IMG/VR virus record: IMGVR_UViG_3300027085_000001
Length of the DNA stretch: 64,000 bases
Strand: one strand, 5' to 3'
From: a virus
Shown here: piece after piece, positions 9,714-19,318 of the stretch
Layout: the number at the start of each line of letters is the position of its first letter
Numbering within the stretch: the stretch's first letter is position 1
The notes under the pieces: model-generated
The model's input: only the letters and a program-made list of their open reading frames with translations
The model's database searches: none
Told to the model about the DNA's origin: nothing
Position numbers and translations under genes: made by a program

Positions 9714-9989
9714 TCATTGTTTTCTAAATACTGTTGCTTTGATGCTCTGGTACTTGGACTCAGGCATCACGCCTTGAGCATCCCACCAGTTAAAGAGTGT
9801 TGGGTCAGGCCTATCGGGGTCTTGTCTTGCCCATTCAGTCGCCTTCAACATTGTCTCTTCTTCTGATTTCACTTCTACCTTCTCTGGCTCTTCGATTTGC
9901 TCGACCGCCTCCTCAGTAGTAGAATCTGTGAATGTGACTTCGTCTGAGACTTCAATCGTCTCTTCTTCTTGTTTTCGTTTCTTTCCCAT
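9714..9989 (-). CDS. acidic hypothetical protein
   Basis: 91 aa, Glu-rich, no motif. Confidence 0.25.
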   Translation of the reverse strand: MGKKRKQEEETIEVSDEVTFTDSTTEEAVEQIEEPEKVEVKSEEETMLKATEWARQDPDRPDPTLFNWWDAQGVMPESKYQSIKATVFRKQ

Positions 9990-10009
9990 GAATGTCAGCC
10001 TCCTATGTC

Positions 10010-11002
10010 TTAATACGAAAGTGTAATGCTTACGATATTGTAAAAGTATGATGGGTCAGTAGGTTGAGTACTTGTGCTTCCAGAGACCCAATTTAAGATG
10101 GTTCCAGGAATAGGAGTAGCCTGTGCGACATATGCAACTGTTGTTGCTCCAATATTCTGCACACGATAGTTCCCAGCCGGAAGTGTTTCTGAAAATGTCG
10201 CAACATCACCAATGTATGAAGCAGTAGCAACTACAGCGTCAGCATTGTTGGCATCAAGAATTTGTAGTCCCGTGGCATCATTGCTCGTCTCCTTGACAAC
10301 TTCAAGAATCGTAACAGTTTGTGGAAGAGATATATTGACTCCCGCTGCTCCCGCAAAGCCGAGAGTAGATGTGAGTGGTAGACCATGTGCTTCAATATAG
10401 ACGGGCATGAATGGGAATGCTTTCCCATTTCCTAAATTATATAACTCAGTTATCTCTGTTACAGTGAGAACTCTATCCCAGAAGTATAAAGCGTCCATGT
10501 ATCCTCTGAATGCTGCAGGCGCGCTATTTGCAACATCTCCTCCGACATCCATTCTTCCAGTTGCACCAAGATTGCTCACTCCGAATGTAAGTGAACCTTG
10601 AGATACTCCGTCAAGAAACAATTCCCATGAATTAGTGATTGCAGTGTAAACTCCTACGATATGCGTCCATACATTCGGGACAGGAACAAATGCCCACTCT
10701 TGAAAGTTAATGTACTGGTCAATGCGTAAAACATTGGAGCTTGCTCGGATGAATACTTGTATTCCTTGCAGTGCTCCAACCCAGTTATATTGAAAAATGC
10801 AATTATCACCCACAGTGTTCAATAGTCTTACCCAGACACTAAAACTACGGTCATGATTTCCCCCAGTAAGCCAGCCTGACATAGTAAGTCTTGTGAATGT
10901 TGATGGGAAGTTTGTAAAATCAGCACTTGCACTTCCGAGCTTCTTGACACTAGTACTAAAGGCTGGTGTTCCTACAGATACATCAAGATTGTTTCCAGTC
11001 AT
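10010..11002 (-). CDS. concanavalin A-like/LamG domain protein (probable fibre or receptor-binding protein)
   Basis: 330 aa; FRGYMDALYFWDRVLTVTEITELYNLGNG matches the characteristic F.G.iDEvriynraLs..EI..LY signature of LamG lectin domains. Confidence 0.4.
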   Translation of the reverse strand: MTGNNLDVSVGTPAFSTSVKKLGSASADFTNFPSTFTRLTMSGWLTGGNHDRSFSVWVRLLNTVGDNCIFQYNWVGALQGIQVFIRASSNVLRIDQYINFQEWAFVPVPNVWTHIVGVYTAITNSWELFLDGVSQGSLTFGVSNLGATGRMDVGGDVANSAPAAFRGYMDALYFWDRVLTVTEITELYNLGNGKAFPFMPVYIEAHGLPLTSTLGFAGAAGVNISLPQTVTILEVVKETSNDATGLQILDANNADAVVATASYIGDVATFSETLPAGNYRVQNIGATTVAYVAQATPIPGTILNWVSGSTSTQPTDPSYFYNIVSITLSY

Positions 11003-11757
11003 ACGCCATCACCTGAAGTACCGTCGAAATCATATACAGCAACTAGTCCTGTTAAGAGTGGTGAAATTGGTGTCGGTGGTGCAGGGCCTACATCGACCGT
11101 TAAAGAAAGACCAATATTCGCAATGATTTGTGGAATGTCTTCTGTCCAGATGTTCTTCATGATAAGCTCACAAGCGATGTCGCCTGCCCACAAGAAGTCA
11201 TTGTCTTCATACGATGCCTCTGCATCTTTGACAACAATATCAATATCTTTCTCGATGAATTTGATTCTGTTCTTCAAGAGCTCATGTTGAATCTTATCAA
11301 CGAGCCAAGCTGCTTGTGCACTGTTCTCAACATAGCGCTTGTCGCCATTGTAATCAACGACTTCAAGTGCTTTATGTCGAGTCTTCTTGCAGAAGACAGC
11401 TACAGTGACCGGGATGCGAGCGATTGTCGTGTTGATTGCGCGGACAAGTTTCTGGGGCTTGTCGATTTCGTACTCTAAGAATTGGCCTGCAGTCCACTCT
11501 TCGAATGAGACGCGACCATGAATGATTGCAATGCGAGGATAGTTCTCGTCGTTTGCTTCAGGAGTAGTTGGGAATATCCATTTCCTTTCGCCCTCTGATG
11601 TGCGCTCTCGTCTATCAGGGTTAGGGTCAAGGACGTTCTGAGAAATGATGTCGTACACGACCTGCAGTGGGTCGAAGTACACGTTCCGTTCAGTATGAAT
11701 TTGGGCCATCTTTGCTCGCCTAAGTTGATACGAGCACTTCCAGTTTTTAGGAAGCAC
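10999..11757 (-). CDS. hypothetical structural protein
   Basis: 252 aa ORF served by late promoter copy at 11790-11806. Confidence 0.3.
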   Translation of the reverse strand: MLPKNWKCSYQLRRAKMAQIHTERNVYFDPLQVVYDIISQNVLDPNPDRRERTSEGERKWIFPTTPEANDENYPRIAIIHGRVSFEEWTAGQFLEYEIDKPQKLVRAINTTIARIPVTVAVFCKKTRHKALEVVDYNGDKRYVENSAQAAWLVDKIQHELLKNRIKFIEKDIDIVVKDAEASYEDNDFLWAGDIACELIMKNIWTEDIPQIIANIGLSLTVDVGPAPPTPISPLLTGLVAVYDFDGTSGDGV

Positions 11758-11789
11758 TAGTTGTTGTTATCATGTACTGAGCTCAGGGA

Positions 11790-11806
11790 CTATTTAAAAA
11801 TAATCA
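11790..11806 (-). promoter_or_regulatory. late promoter motif copy
   Basis: TGATTATTTTTAAATAG; 33 nt upstream of ORF 10999..11757; contains the stop codon of 11804..12244. Confidence 0.5.
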
Positions 11807-12244
11807 ACCAAGCCACTTGATACGGGCAATCTCATTGCGAAGTGCGATTTCGAAAACCTTCTTGTAGCGAGCCATATTCGACTCATCCTCAAGTGTCCGA
11901 CGAACGAATTGTCGACCTTCGAATCCGGGATGTAAGACCTTAAGTGCAAAGAAGTCTTTGCCCTTCTTCTTCCAGTGCAAAGCACCTGCTTTACGCACTC
12001 GAATGATGTGCGGCTTTGTACCTTCTTCAAGCAGTTGGACAATCGCATACTTCCTGTTGCGCGTCTCAGCACTGTTGACGAAAGCATAGATACCAGGGCC
12101 TTTCCGTATGAGTTTCCATGAAGCACTCGTCTTTCGAGTCTTCTTTGGCGTCGCTGCCTCGAGCAGAACTAAGTAGGTGTTCTCGAGTGCATAATGCATC
12201 GACCTATCGAGGGCTTCGCTTAACAAACTGGTCATCGTGGTCAA
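11804..12244 (-). CDS. hypothetical protein (neck/tail-completion region)
   Basis: 146 aa ORF; stop codon embedded in late promoter motif. Confidence 0.3.
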   Translation of the reverse strand: MTTMTSLLSEALDRSMHYALENTYLVLLEAATPKKTRKTSASWKLIRKGPGIYAFVNSAETRNRKYAIVQLLEEGTKPHIIRVRKAGALHWKKKGKDFFALKVLHPGFEGRQFVRRTLEDESNMARYKKVFEIALRNEIARIKWLG

Positions 12245-12704
12245 CCCTCTTCAATGTGAACTCTTGCCAAGTGTATTGGCCTTTGTAGAACGGCTTGTTG
12301 AAATCTTCAATGATAAACACTTCACCAGGCTTGATGCCAAAGCATGTTTGAGAAGTCGTCTTGAGGAACTTCACCATATCGTTGTTGTCGATTGGAGCAT
12401 TCCATTTTGCATAACCTTTGAATCGAACATCGTTTGTGGTGATGCCAGCCTTCGCACGTTTGTATGCATTTGTTGCTTCGGCAGTTACAAAGAGTTGAAT
12501 GATTTGACGTTCAACAATCGGCTTCTCTTTAGTGCCAAAGAAGTCGCCGTTCGGCTCAACTTCAATGTCAGTACGTTGCTTGATGAGTTCAACTTCGATT
12601 GCATTTGCAGAAAAGATATACTCGAAATCGTATCTCGCTCTGTCTGCCTCAAAATTGGCAATCTGATTGCAATCGGTGTTGTAGCCGTATACCATTGTCC
12701 TCAC
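12204..12704 (-). CDS. hypothetical structural protein
   Basis: 166 aa ORF in neck/tail region. Confidence 0.3.
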   Translation of the reverse strand: MRTMVYGYNTDCNQIANFEADRARYDFEYIFSANAIEVELIKQRTDIEVEPNGDFFGTKEKPIVERQIIQLFVTAEATNAYKRAKAGITTNDVRFKGYAKWNAPIDNNDMVKFLKTTSQTCFGIKPGEVFIIEDFNKPFYKGQYTWQEFTLKRVDHDDQFVKRSPR

Positions 12705-13201
12705 GGAAGTGCTTTCTGAATCTGGAATCGCCCAAGGAAGATAGCTGAAGTGAGTGAGCCATTCACAATAAGAAGTTGAGCATCAAACACACCAACAGTA
12801 TCAAAGTCAGTTAGGCCGACAGTATAAGTGCACTCTCCGGAGGTTGGAGCTGATAGAACACATGCTACTGATGCTTTGTTTGCTGAAGTGTTTATCTGTT
12901 TCAATTTGAATGTCACAGTTGCTCCAGTTAAATCATAGAGAGAATCATCTTCATCGCGAACGACGAATGTATAGACACTTCCCTTCTCGCCAGCAATAGC
13001 ATCAGGAAAAGCATTGAAAGCTTTCCCTTCGTAGATTGTTACAGTCTTCATGTGAATCCTCCTACACCGACGTCTTCCTGAATTGCAGTGTTGAGAGGTA
13101 CTCTCTGATGCGAGGCATCTCGTTTCTGCGTATCGTTGTGAAAGCAACGTATGGAAGTTCGATGTCTTGTATGATTTTGATGGCTCGCTTGTTGTTGTCA
13201 T
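12701..13201 (-). CDS. hypothetical structural protein (probable true start MKTVTIYEG near 13050)
   Basis: ORF with basic Cys/Arg N-terminal extension that is likely non-coding; downstream part beta-rich. Confidence 0.3.
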   Translation of the reverse strand: MTTTSEPSKSYKTSNFHTLLSQRYAETRCLASESTSQHCNSGRRRCRRIHMKTVTIYEGKAFNAFPDAIAGEKGSVYTFVVRDEDDSLYDLTGATVTFKLKQINTSANKASVACVLSAPTSGECTYTVGLTDFDTVGVFDAQLLIVNGSLTSAIFLGRFQIQKALP

Positions 13202-14312
13202 CCATCAGCTTTTGCATCAAGTCATACTCAAAGGTCACACTGACTCCATTGAGAGTCCATGTAGGAATACCTCTCTGAAGAACTTGGAATGGAGTATTTT
13301 CAAAGAGATAGTTAATTGACCACAGCTTGTTGAGCTGCTTTAAGTGAATGTTCATCCAACGCTTCGTGCCAGCACGAGTTGTTTGTAGTTGGTCGAACTT
13401 GAGCTTTTCCCACGTCTCATGCCAAACAACGTTGAGTCGTCGGTTAGCAGTAGGTCTAGGAATGCTAAACTTCACAGTTCTCCTATCAACATCAACAGCG
13501 ATGATGTCTGAAGTGACATCATATCGGATGCCTGGCAATCCTTGCGTATCGAGGTCTTCCTCAAACGCATAGAAGTCAAGCTTATTGATTGGTCTGTTGT
13601 CAAGGTCAGCGTCGGCAAATGTTAAACGGGGATGAACCGGCAGAGCATGTTCTTGCACAGCGTTTCCTGTTTGATAGAGACGAGGAGTGTAAAGTCTACG
13701 ACGTACCTCATTCGCTCCGTACGAGATTGCTTCGAGTATGAGCTCATCTCCAATGCTCTTAATGCATGTGAGAGCTCTGAACTCTTCTGGTGTGATATAT
13801 CCAAGCGCATTTGAATCACTCGTTGAACCGATTGGTTCGCTTCTATTGAACTCGAATGAACTCACGCTGTTGTAGCATGAGTATGTGTAAAAGTAAAGTT
13901 CTGTTCCTGTGGTGTCGATGTATTGGGTGATACGTTGTGGATTTGAGTAGTCGATGTTGATTGTAGCAAGGAATGTGTATGTTGTTCCCATATCAGTGCT
14001 GCGATAAATCTTGAATTGGTCGCAATCAAGTTTCCTGACTGCCTCTGTCTTTCCGTGATAAAACACAGTCGGAGTTGTAAGCACAATCGTTCCGGGTGCA
14101 GTCACTGATGCAATCGTCTTCACTTCGTTCGTATCTGAGCAAGAGACATCACAGCTTCCGCCAAGCAGGACCAGATTTGTCGCAACAAAGTTAGTTGTTG
14201 CAGCTACTGGCAAGCTAGTGCTTGCTGCATTCACTTCTTGAGCGAGCAGCGTGACCTCATTTCGTGCAATGAGGGGATTCTGAAGTTGCAGTGTTCTTGT
14301 CATCAATATCAC
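13062..14312 (-). CDS. hypothetical structural protein
   Basis: 416 aa ORF beginning about 15-25 nt downstream of late promoter copy at 14327-14343 (GTG or nearby ATG start). Confidence 0.35.
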   Translation of the reverse strand: MILMTRTLQLQNPLIARNEVTLLAQEVNAASTSLPVAATTNFVATNLVLLGGSCDVSCSDTNEVKTIASVTAPGTIVLTTPTVFYHGKTEAVRKLDCDQFKIYRSTDMGTTYTFLATINIDYSNPQRITQYIDTTGTELYFYTYSCYNSVSSFEFNRSEPIGSTSDSNALGYITPEEFRALTCIKSIGDELILEAISYGANEVRRRLYTPRLYQTGNAVQEHALPVHPRLTFADADLDNRPINKLDFYAFEEDLDTQGLPGIRYDVTSDIIAVDVDRRTVKFSIPRPTANRRLNVVWHETWEKLKFDQLQTTRAGTKRWMNIHLKQLNKLWSINYLFENTPFQVLQRGIPTWTLNGVSVTFEYDLMQKLMDDNNKRAIKIIQDIELPYVAFTTIRRNEMPRIREYLSTLQFRKTSV

Positions 14313-14326
14313 TTCCGGATTAGACT

Positions 14327-14343
14327 TATTTAAAAATAATCAT
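14327..14343 (-). promoter_or_regulatory. late promoter motif copy
   Basis: TGATTATTTTTAAATAA; 15-25 nt upstream of ORF 13062..14312. Confidence 0.5.
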
Positions 14344-14447
14344 CGTTTTGAGCTATGTTCCATTTAAGCACCTTGCCGTGACTTCCATGTAAATCCTTGT
14401 GTTGTTGATTTGCGTCTCCCTACGAGCACGTATGAGCCCTCTGGCGC

Positions 14448-15791
14448 TCAGCTAAGTGCCCTTGTAACCGTCGTATTTACATCAACCAAAGCCAGACGAT
14501 ATGCCTCTCGTTGGATAGTACATGAATCAAGTGCAGACTGAAGCTGCATCGTTTGGTTCTCAAGCTGTGCAATCGTTGTCATTGATTGGTTCAAGTTCGA
14601 CTGGCATTGCATCAAGTTTGCTTGACAGATAGCAGTCTCATTAGTACCAGGAGGTGGAATGATAGGGGGTGGAGGTGAGACACTTGTACCAAATCCACCA
14701 TCCTGCTCAACCATAGCAATCAGGATAAGCGTATCCTTGAATGCATCAAGTGAGTAGCCAGTGCCGGGGAATCCCGCAGGAGTCCATTTCGCGGCAATAC
14801 TTGGAATCGCATTTCGACCAGTGCCATTGATGTTCGTGCTCCAGAGAGCAGCACTGAACTCGTTAAATTGAACAGGTCCGCGTGCAGCGGTGTTCATCTC
14901 ATAGCCACTGTTACTGACACCAAAGTCGGCTGCAACAAGTCGTTGTGCAAGTGCAATCTGTTTCTGACAGACTGGTCCTTGCCATCCAACACGCTTGCAA
15001 TACATGCCTGTCCAAAGCTCTGCTCGTTGAGCATCAAAGTAGTCGTGATACGGAGGATTGAGTTCACACTTCGTCCAATCAATGTTTGTGCCGTTGTATG
15101 CAGCACATCTACCGGGGAGTCCTGGAGCATAGAGGTCATCCATCTGCTTTACAGCGCCAGTATAGAGAGGAGTCCAGCGAGCATCATATTCACTCATGTC
15201 CTTCAAGAAGGGCAACATGACATACGCTGAGTAGACTCCATTGAAGCTATAGCAGCCGTTCCATCGTCCAATGCCTGAACCAGAAGCAAGCACTGTGATG
15301 TTACCATACTTGCAGTCAAGCCCGGCGATAGAACCAGTAGTCCATTTGTTGAAGAGGAGTTGGTACTTCACATCGCCTGTTCGTTGGTACGCTTTCATTG
15401 CGCCCCACTCAATTGGGATGTCACCGTCAGCAGCACTGTCTTTGCCCTTGCTGAGTCCGACTCCCTTCTTGTAGTACCAAGCGAAGCCATCATTTGACCA
15501 CATGTTCTGGTCAGCCCATGTGAGAATCTTATCGCAGTAGACCATGCTACCATTGCCGCATTCGAGCATTGCATAGTACGCTACCGTCTCACTTGTTGTG
15601 TCATTACCGGGTCGATAGACGAAGCCAGTGAAGTTGTTCGGATAGCCTTCATAGTGATTCGCTCGAAGAGCATTCCATAGTTGGTCTTTCACTGGTGGTG
15701 AAACTGAAACAACATTAGCGGTCGGTGTAGAGCATGCTGCGAGCGTAAGCATCGCGGCTAGCATGAGTAAGAATAGCCAGGATTTTCTCAT
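14448..15791 (-). CDS. secreted lipoprotein, sequon-rich, with Pro-rich linker and C-terminal coiled coil
   Basis: 447 aa; N-terminal signal peptide plus lipobox (MLAAMLTLAACS); about 10 N-X-S/T sequons; W/Y/G/C-rich body; PPPPIIPPPG linker. Confidence 0.45.
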   Translation of the reverse strand: MRKSWLFLLMLAAMLTLAACSTPTANVVSVSPPVKDQLWNALRANHYEGYPNNFTGFVYRPGNDTTSETVAYYAMLECGNGSMVYCDKILTWADQNMWSNDGFAWYYKKGVGLSKGKDSAADGDIPIEWGAMKAYQRTGDVKYQLLFNKWTTGSIAGLDCKYGNITVLASGSGIGRWNGCYSFNGVYSAYVMLPFLKDMSEYDARWTPLYTGAVKQMDDLYAPGLPGRCAAYNGTNIDWTKCELNPPYHDYFDAQRAELWTGMYCKRVGWQGPVCQKQIALAQRLVAADFGVSNSGYEMNTAARGPVQFNEFSAALWSTNINGTGRNAIPSIAAKWTPAGFPGTGYSLDAFKDTLILIAMVEQDGGFGTSVSPPPPIIPPPGTNETAICQANLMQCQSNLNQSMTTIAQLENQTMQLQSALDSCTIQREAYRLALVDVNTTVTRALS

Positions 15792-15800
15792 GTGTGCACC

Positions 15801-16109
15801 TCATTGCATTGCTAAGTAAACATTGATTGGTTTGTTATCGCACGTCAACCAACAGTGACAAGCGACTTCTCTCTTTACGAGCGTAGATTGGTTTGTACCA
15901 TTGATAAGTACTGTTCGATTCTCAGTCACAAAGTCTGAGTTCCATTCAAAGTATGTACAGGAACTATTTGATTGTTGCAATGTTTTGCAGTTGTCTCTAC
16001 ATGAATTGAGTGTAGCAGGAATTGTGCAGTTTGAATAATTGTACACCGGTGTGCATCCTGCAAGAAGCAGAATTGCAAGCATCAGCGCAATCGGTCGAAT
16101 AAGTCCCAT
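15801..16109 (-). CDS. small Cys-rich secreted lipoprotein
   Basis: 102 aa; signal peptide with lipobox LLLAGCT; 8 Cys; multiple NxS/T sequons (NYSNCT, NSSCT, NRT, NGTNQST). Confidence 0.4.
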   Translation of the reverse strand: MGLIRPIALMLAILLLAGCTPVYNYSNCTIPATLNSCRDNCKTLQQSNSSCTYFEWNSDFVTENRTVLINGTNQSTLVKREVACHCWLTCDNKPINVYLAMQ

Positions 16110-16220
16110 AGTAAATCTTCCCTCTCAGGCACGAAGTCATCATCAATGACAAGCGTCTCTAGTGCCTCACGTAACAGTACTCTGTCCTCTTTTGAAAGTG
16201 TGAGCGTCTTCTCTTCCATT

Positions 16221-16284
16221 GTATGCACCAAAAAATAATAAAAAAGAATTTAGTTCGCCGTCTGCTTTGTCAAGATAACAAAGT
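16221..16284 (-). terminator. intrinsic terminator (6-bp hairpin then TTCTTTTTTATTATTTTTT)
   Basis: hairpin CTTTGT-n7-ACAAAG at 16263-16281; T-tract 16226-16246 on the transcribed strand. Confidence 0.4.
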
Positions 16285-16408
16285 CTTTCGTGATTGCCTT
16301 GACGTCATAGCCCTTGCTTGTCCAGGGAGCAATAAGTGTGTCGATGTCCTCAACGCGCTTCACTTTGCTAATATCAACTGTTTTACTTTTGTATATCATC
16401 GTGGCACC

Positions 16409-16705
16409 TCAAAGTTGGTTCGGGGTCAGGATATACAAGTCGTAGAACCTGTCAGCGGTCTCGACCTTCACATCCGTCCATTCGACGTCTGTCGTTGCAA
16501 TCTTGTCCTTGAACTGCTGGTACGTCCAGTCTACTTGGAAGAACGTGTTCAGAACTTCCAAATCGTTCACGGCGTAACATTGCGCCTTGTAGTTCTGTTC
16601 GAAGTCAGCGGTGTTTATCGCTTCTTGAGCGGCATCCACACCAATGACGTCAGTCGTGTCGAACCAGATAGTTGCTTTATATAAATAATCTGCCATTGTT
16701 CTCAA
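16409..16705 (-). CDS. hypothetical protein
   Basis: 98 aa acidic ORF downstream of fibre gene. Confidence 0.3.
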   Translation of the reverse strand: MRTMADYLYKATIWFDTTDVIGVDAAQEAINTADFEQNYKAQCYAVNDLEVLNTFFQVDWTYQQFKDKIATTDVEWTDVKVETADRFYDLYILTPNQL

Positions 16706-16717
16706 TCCTCCTTTATC

Positions 16718-18184
16718 TTATTCTTCTATGAACCAAATGTTGATTCCGTGCTGCTTACCAGTCACTGCTGGTTGCAGCGTGAAGTAGATGTTCTCTCCTT
16801 GCTCAATGTACCATGTCAGGTCATCGTCAATGATGTTGAATGAGCCTCCGCTCGTTGTTGCATTGTTGAATAGTAGTGTTCCGTTCGCGCTCACCGTGGG
16901 AGCTGTTCCTGAGAGAAGCACAGCACTGTTGGCTTGGCTCTTCACCATCTTCACAGGAGTCTTTGCTGTGCCGTTCGTTGTGATTGTGCAGTCTCTGTAC
17001 ACTCTGTAAATGCCGCTGTCGCTTGTAATGCTCGCAATGAGGTTGTATGAGATTTTCTTTATCTTGATAGTCTTACCACTCGCGACTGGATTTCGCAGTA
17101 GGAAGAACGGTACAGCCGCCGTGCCTGAGACCGTGATGAGGTCGCTCGTGAGCAAGAATGCTTTGCCTGCTGCTACTGCTGCTTGCCATTGTGTCGAATT
17201 ACCGGCTCCAGAAATAGAGCTGATGTTCACACGCAAATTGCCGACTGAGTCTGTACTGAGTGGGATGTAGTCGCCTGTCGCTCCTGCAAGTGCTGTTCCC
17301 GCATCATTTCTGACAGCGAGTGCCATCACGCCGACGTCGCCACTCGTATGAGCTGCATCTTCAGCCTTGCCGAGGTTCGTTGCCCCAGTACCAGGTGTCT
17401 GAGAATCTGTTACGACGTGAAGGTTCGTCCCTGTTGGTTGGACTACTGTCGCGTTCAATGATGCAGCGGTTGCCTGAGTAACGGCAATAGTTGTGTTAGA
17501 GAAAGCGACTGTACCGTCAACAGTGATTGAGTTGCCGCCATCTTGTATGTTGACGGCTGCAGCTCCAGCTCCGTTGTTGTTGCTCGTCACCCAAGGTGAT
17601 GTACTCTGTGTGACTGCAACTGTTCCACTTACTGGTTGAGTAGCAGGCCAGAATGTACCGTCAACAGTGATTGAGTTGCCGCCATCTTGTATGTTGACTG
17701 CTGAAGCACCAGCTCCGTTATTGACACCGAATGCTGTATTAGAAATGCTACCATCAATGGTGATTGAGTTTCCGCCGTCTTGAATATTGACTGCAGCAGC
17801 ACCAGCACCATTGTTGTTGCTCGTCACCCAAGGTGATGTACCTTGTTTGACAGTTAAGAAACCACTTGCATCAATTGCAAGCTCAGTTGTGCCATTCCAG
17901 ACATGAATCTTATTTGCATCATTCCAAGCGAGAGCAGCATTCACATCAAGTCTATTTCCAGTAACTGTAACTACACTTGTGCCATCAGTAATCTTTGAGA
18001 AGATTGCTCGTGCAACTGCATCAGCAGTTGGCATTGTGTTTGTGCCATCAGTGATTTGCACAGGCCACTTACCAGAAAGACTTGCTGCAAGTCCTTGATT
18101 GACAGTTGCTCTGCCACTTGCATCTACATCAAGTGCATTCGCTCCTGTCTCATCAAAGATTGTGGTATCCTGGGTCTTGACCAT
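16718..18184 (-). CDS. tail fibre protein with internal tandem repeats
   Basis: 488 aa Gly/Ala/Thr/Asn-rich; three tandem copies of ...NNGAGAAAVNIQDGGNSITVDG... (DNA repeats 17413-17850); C-terminal GDYIPLSTDSVGNLRV motif shared with the next fibre gene. Confidence 0.5.
   Translation of the reverse strand: MVKTQDTTIFDETGANALDVDASGRATVNQGLAASLSGKWPVQITDGTNTMPTADAVARAIFSKITDGTSVVTVTGNRLDVNAALAWNDANKIHVWNGTTELAIDASGFLTVKQGTSPWVTSNNNGAGAAAVNIQDGGNSITIDGSISNTAFGVNNGAGASAVNIQDGGNSITVDGTFWPATQPVSGTVAVTQSTSPWVTSNNNGAGAAAVNIQDGGNSITVDGTVAFSNTTIAVTQATAASLNATVVQPTGTNLHVVTDSQTPGTGATNLGKAEDAAHTSGDVGVMALAVRNDAGTALAGATGDYIPLSTDSVGNLRVNISSISGAGNSTQWQAAVAAGKAFLLTSDLITVSGTAAVPFFLLRNPVASGKTIKIKKISYNLIASITSDSGIYRVYRDCTITTNGTAKTPVKMVKSQANSAVLLSGTAPTVSANGTLLFNNATTSGGSFNIIDDDLTWYIEQGENIYFTLQPAVTGKQHGINIWFIEE
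17413..17850 (-). repeat. three tandem DNA repeats of about 100-140 nt inside tail fibre gene
   Basis: GTCAACAGTGATTGAGTTGCCGCCATCTTGTATGTTGAC..GCAGCTCCAGCTCCGTTGTTGTTGCTCGTCACCCAAGGTGATGTAC recurs at about 17517, 17658 and 17754 with few substitutions. Confidence 0.6.
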
Positions 18185-18347
18185 TTGCTATCCTCTCCTC
18201 ATACCATGCAAGCTGTTTCAGCTTTTCTTCACGCACAGTTCGTGCTCTCTCATTATTTGATAAAAGGATGTCAAGGTCGAGGGAAGCAATCTGAGTTCTC
18301 AGACGCTCCGCCTCGACCTTGTAACTGTATCGAAACACGGTTCATCC

Positions 18348-19124
18348 TTATGCCTTACGGATAAGTGATGCATAGCCTGTGAAGTCGCTGTTCGGGCTTG
18401 CACTCTTTTCCCTGTTTGTGCCACGGACTCTGATTGTCTGTGTGCTTGAAACATTCAATGCGTCAGGCAAATCAACATACTCCGTTGGGTGTGCTGGTGT
18501 AGTCCAGAAGTGCAGAATGTCTGCTTCTGAACCAGTTGTTCCAAACTGTAGTGCCCATTCGCACAAACCAGAGCCACTTACCATAACGGCCATGTAGCTC
18601 TCGGTTGCAGCAGGTGAACGAGTCACTACTGTAGCAACAGTATCTTTCACCAAGTTCACGCTGTTTGGGTGATAAGCAGAGTTGCTTGCTCCAGAGACGC
18701 TGACATTGATGCTACCATCGCTGTTCACAACAAGCTGGTTACCAGTGGCACCTTTGATTGCAACGTTGTCAGTTGCATAATCAAGGTTTCTGATATCCAA
18801 ATCAGTTGCAGTTACCCAGAGCTGACCTTTGCTATCAACTCTCAAGAGAGTATAGTCCCCGTCTGGGTCAGGTAACGTTGTCAGAGCGTCATCTCGCACT
18901 ACAAGTGTGACAACACCTATATCAGTGCCGCCTTGCGTATCACCAATTGCATACTGAGTTCCCCCAGTAACTTTCAGTTGACCACTATCATTGAGTTCCA
19001 AATACACGTAAGTGGAATCGCTTGCTTTCTTAGCAAATACAGCAGGATGTTGGTCGGTACTGACAATTGCTTGACCCTCACTGTAGATGCCGCGAATACC
19101 TTGTCCAAATTCATCGGCTGTCAT
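18348..19124 (-). CDS. tail fibre / receptor-binding protein
   Basis: 258 aa; shares DPDGDYTLLRVDSKGQLWV motif with 16718..18184; beta-rich, Gly/Thr/Ser-rich. Confidence 0.4.
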   Translation of the reverse strand: MTADEFGQGIRGIYSEGQAIVSTDQHPAVFAKKASDSTYVYLELNDSGQLKVTGGTQYAIGDTQGGTDIGVVTLVVRDDALTTLPDPDGDYTLLRVDSKGQLWVTATDLDIRNLDYATDNVAIKGATGNQLVVNSDGSINVSVSGASNSAYHPNSVNLVKDTVATVVTRSPAATESYMAVMVSGSGLCEWALQFGTTGSEADILHFWTTPAHPTEYVDLPDALNVSSTQTIRVRGTNREKSASPNSDFTGYASLIRKA

Positions 19125-19318
19125 ATTGTTTCCTCCTTAGTTTCCATTAGTTTGCAGAACCTTTAGCTTCTCAGTCTGCTCAGTGATAGCTTCACGGATT
19201 TTAGTCTTCTCCTCATCCATCTCGAGCAAACGAAGCTCTAGCTTCTGAATGTTTAGTTGAAATTGCATAATCTCAACTGCGTTCTTCTTTTTTAGTATGT
19301 CGGACATTGCGTCATCAC

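Noticed and set aside
16718-19124. Diversity-generating retroelement targeting tail fibres
   Set aside because: No reverse transcriptase (YxDD) ORF anywhere in the window. The repeats are in-frame tandem copies, not a template/variable pair differing at adenines.
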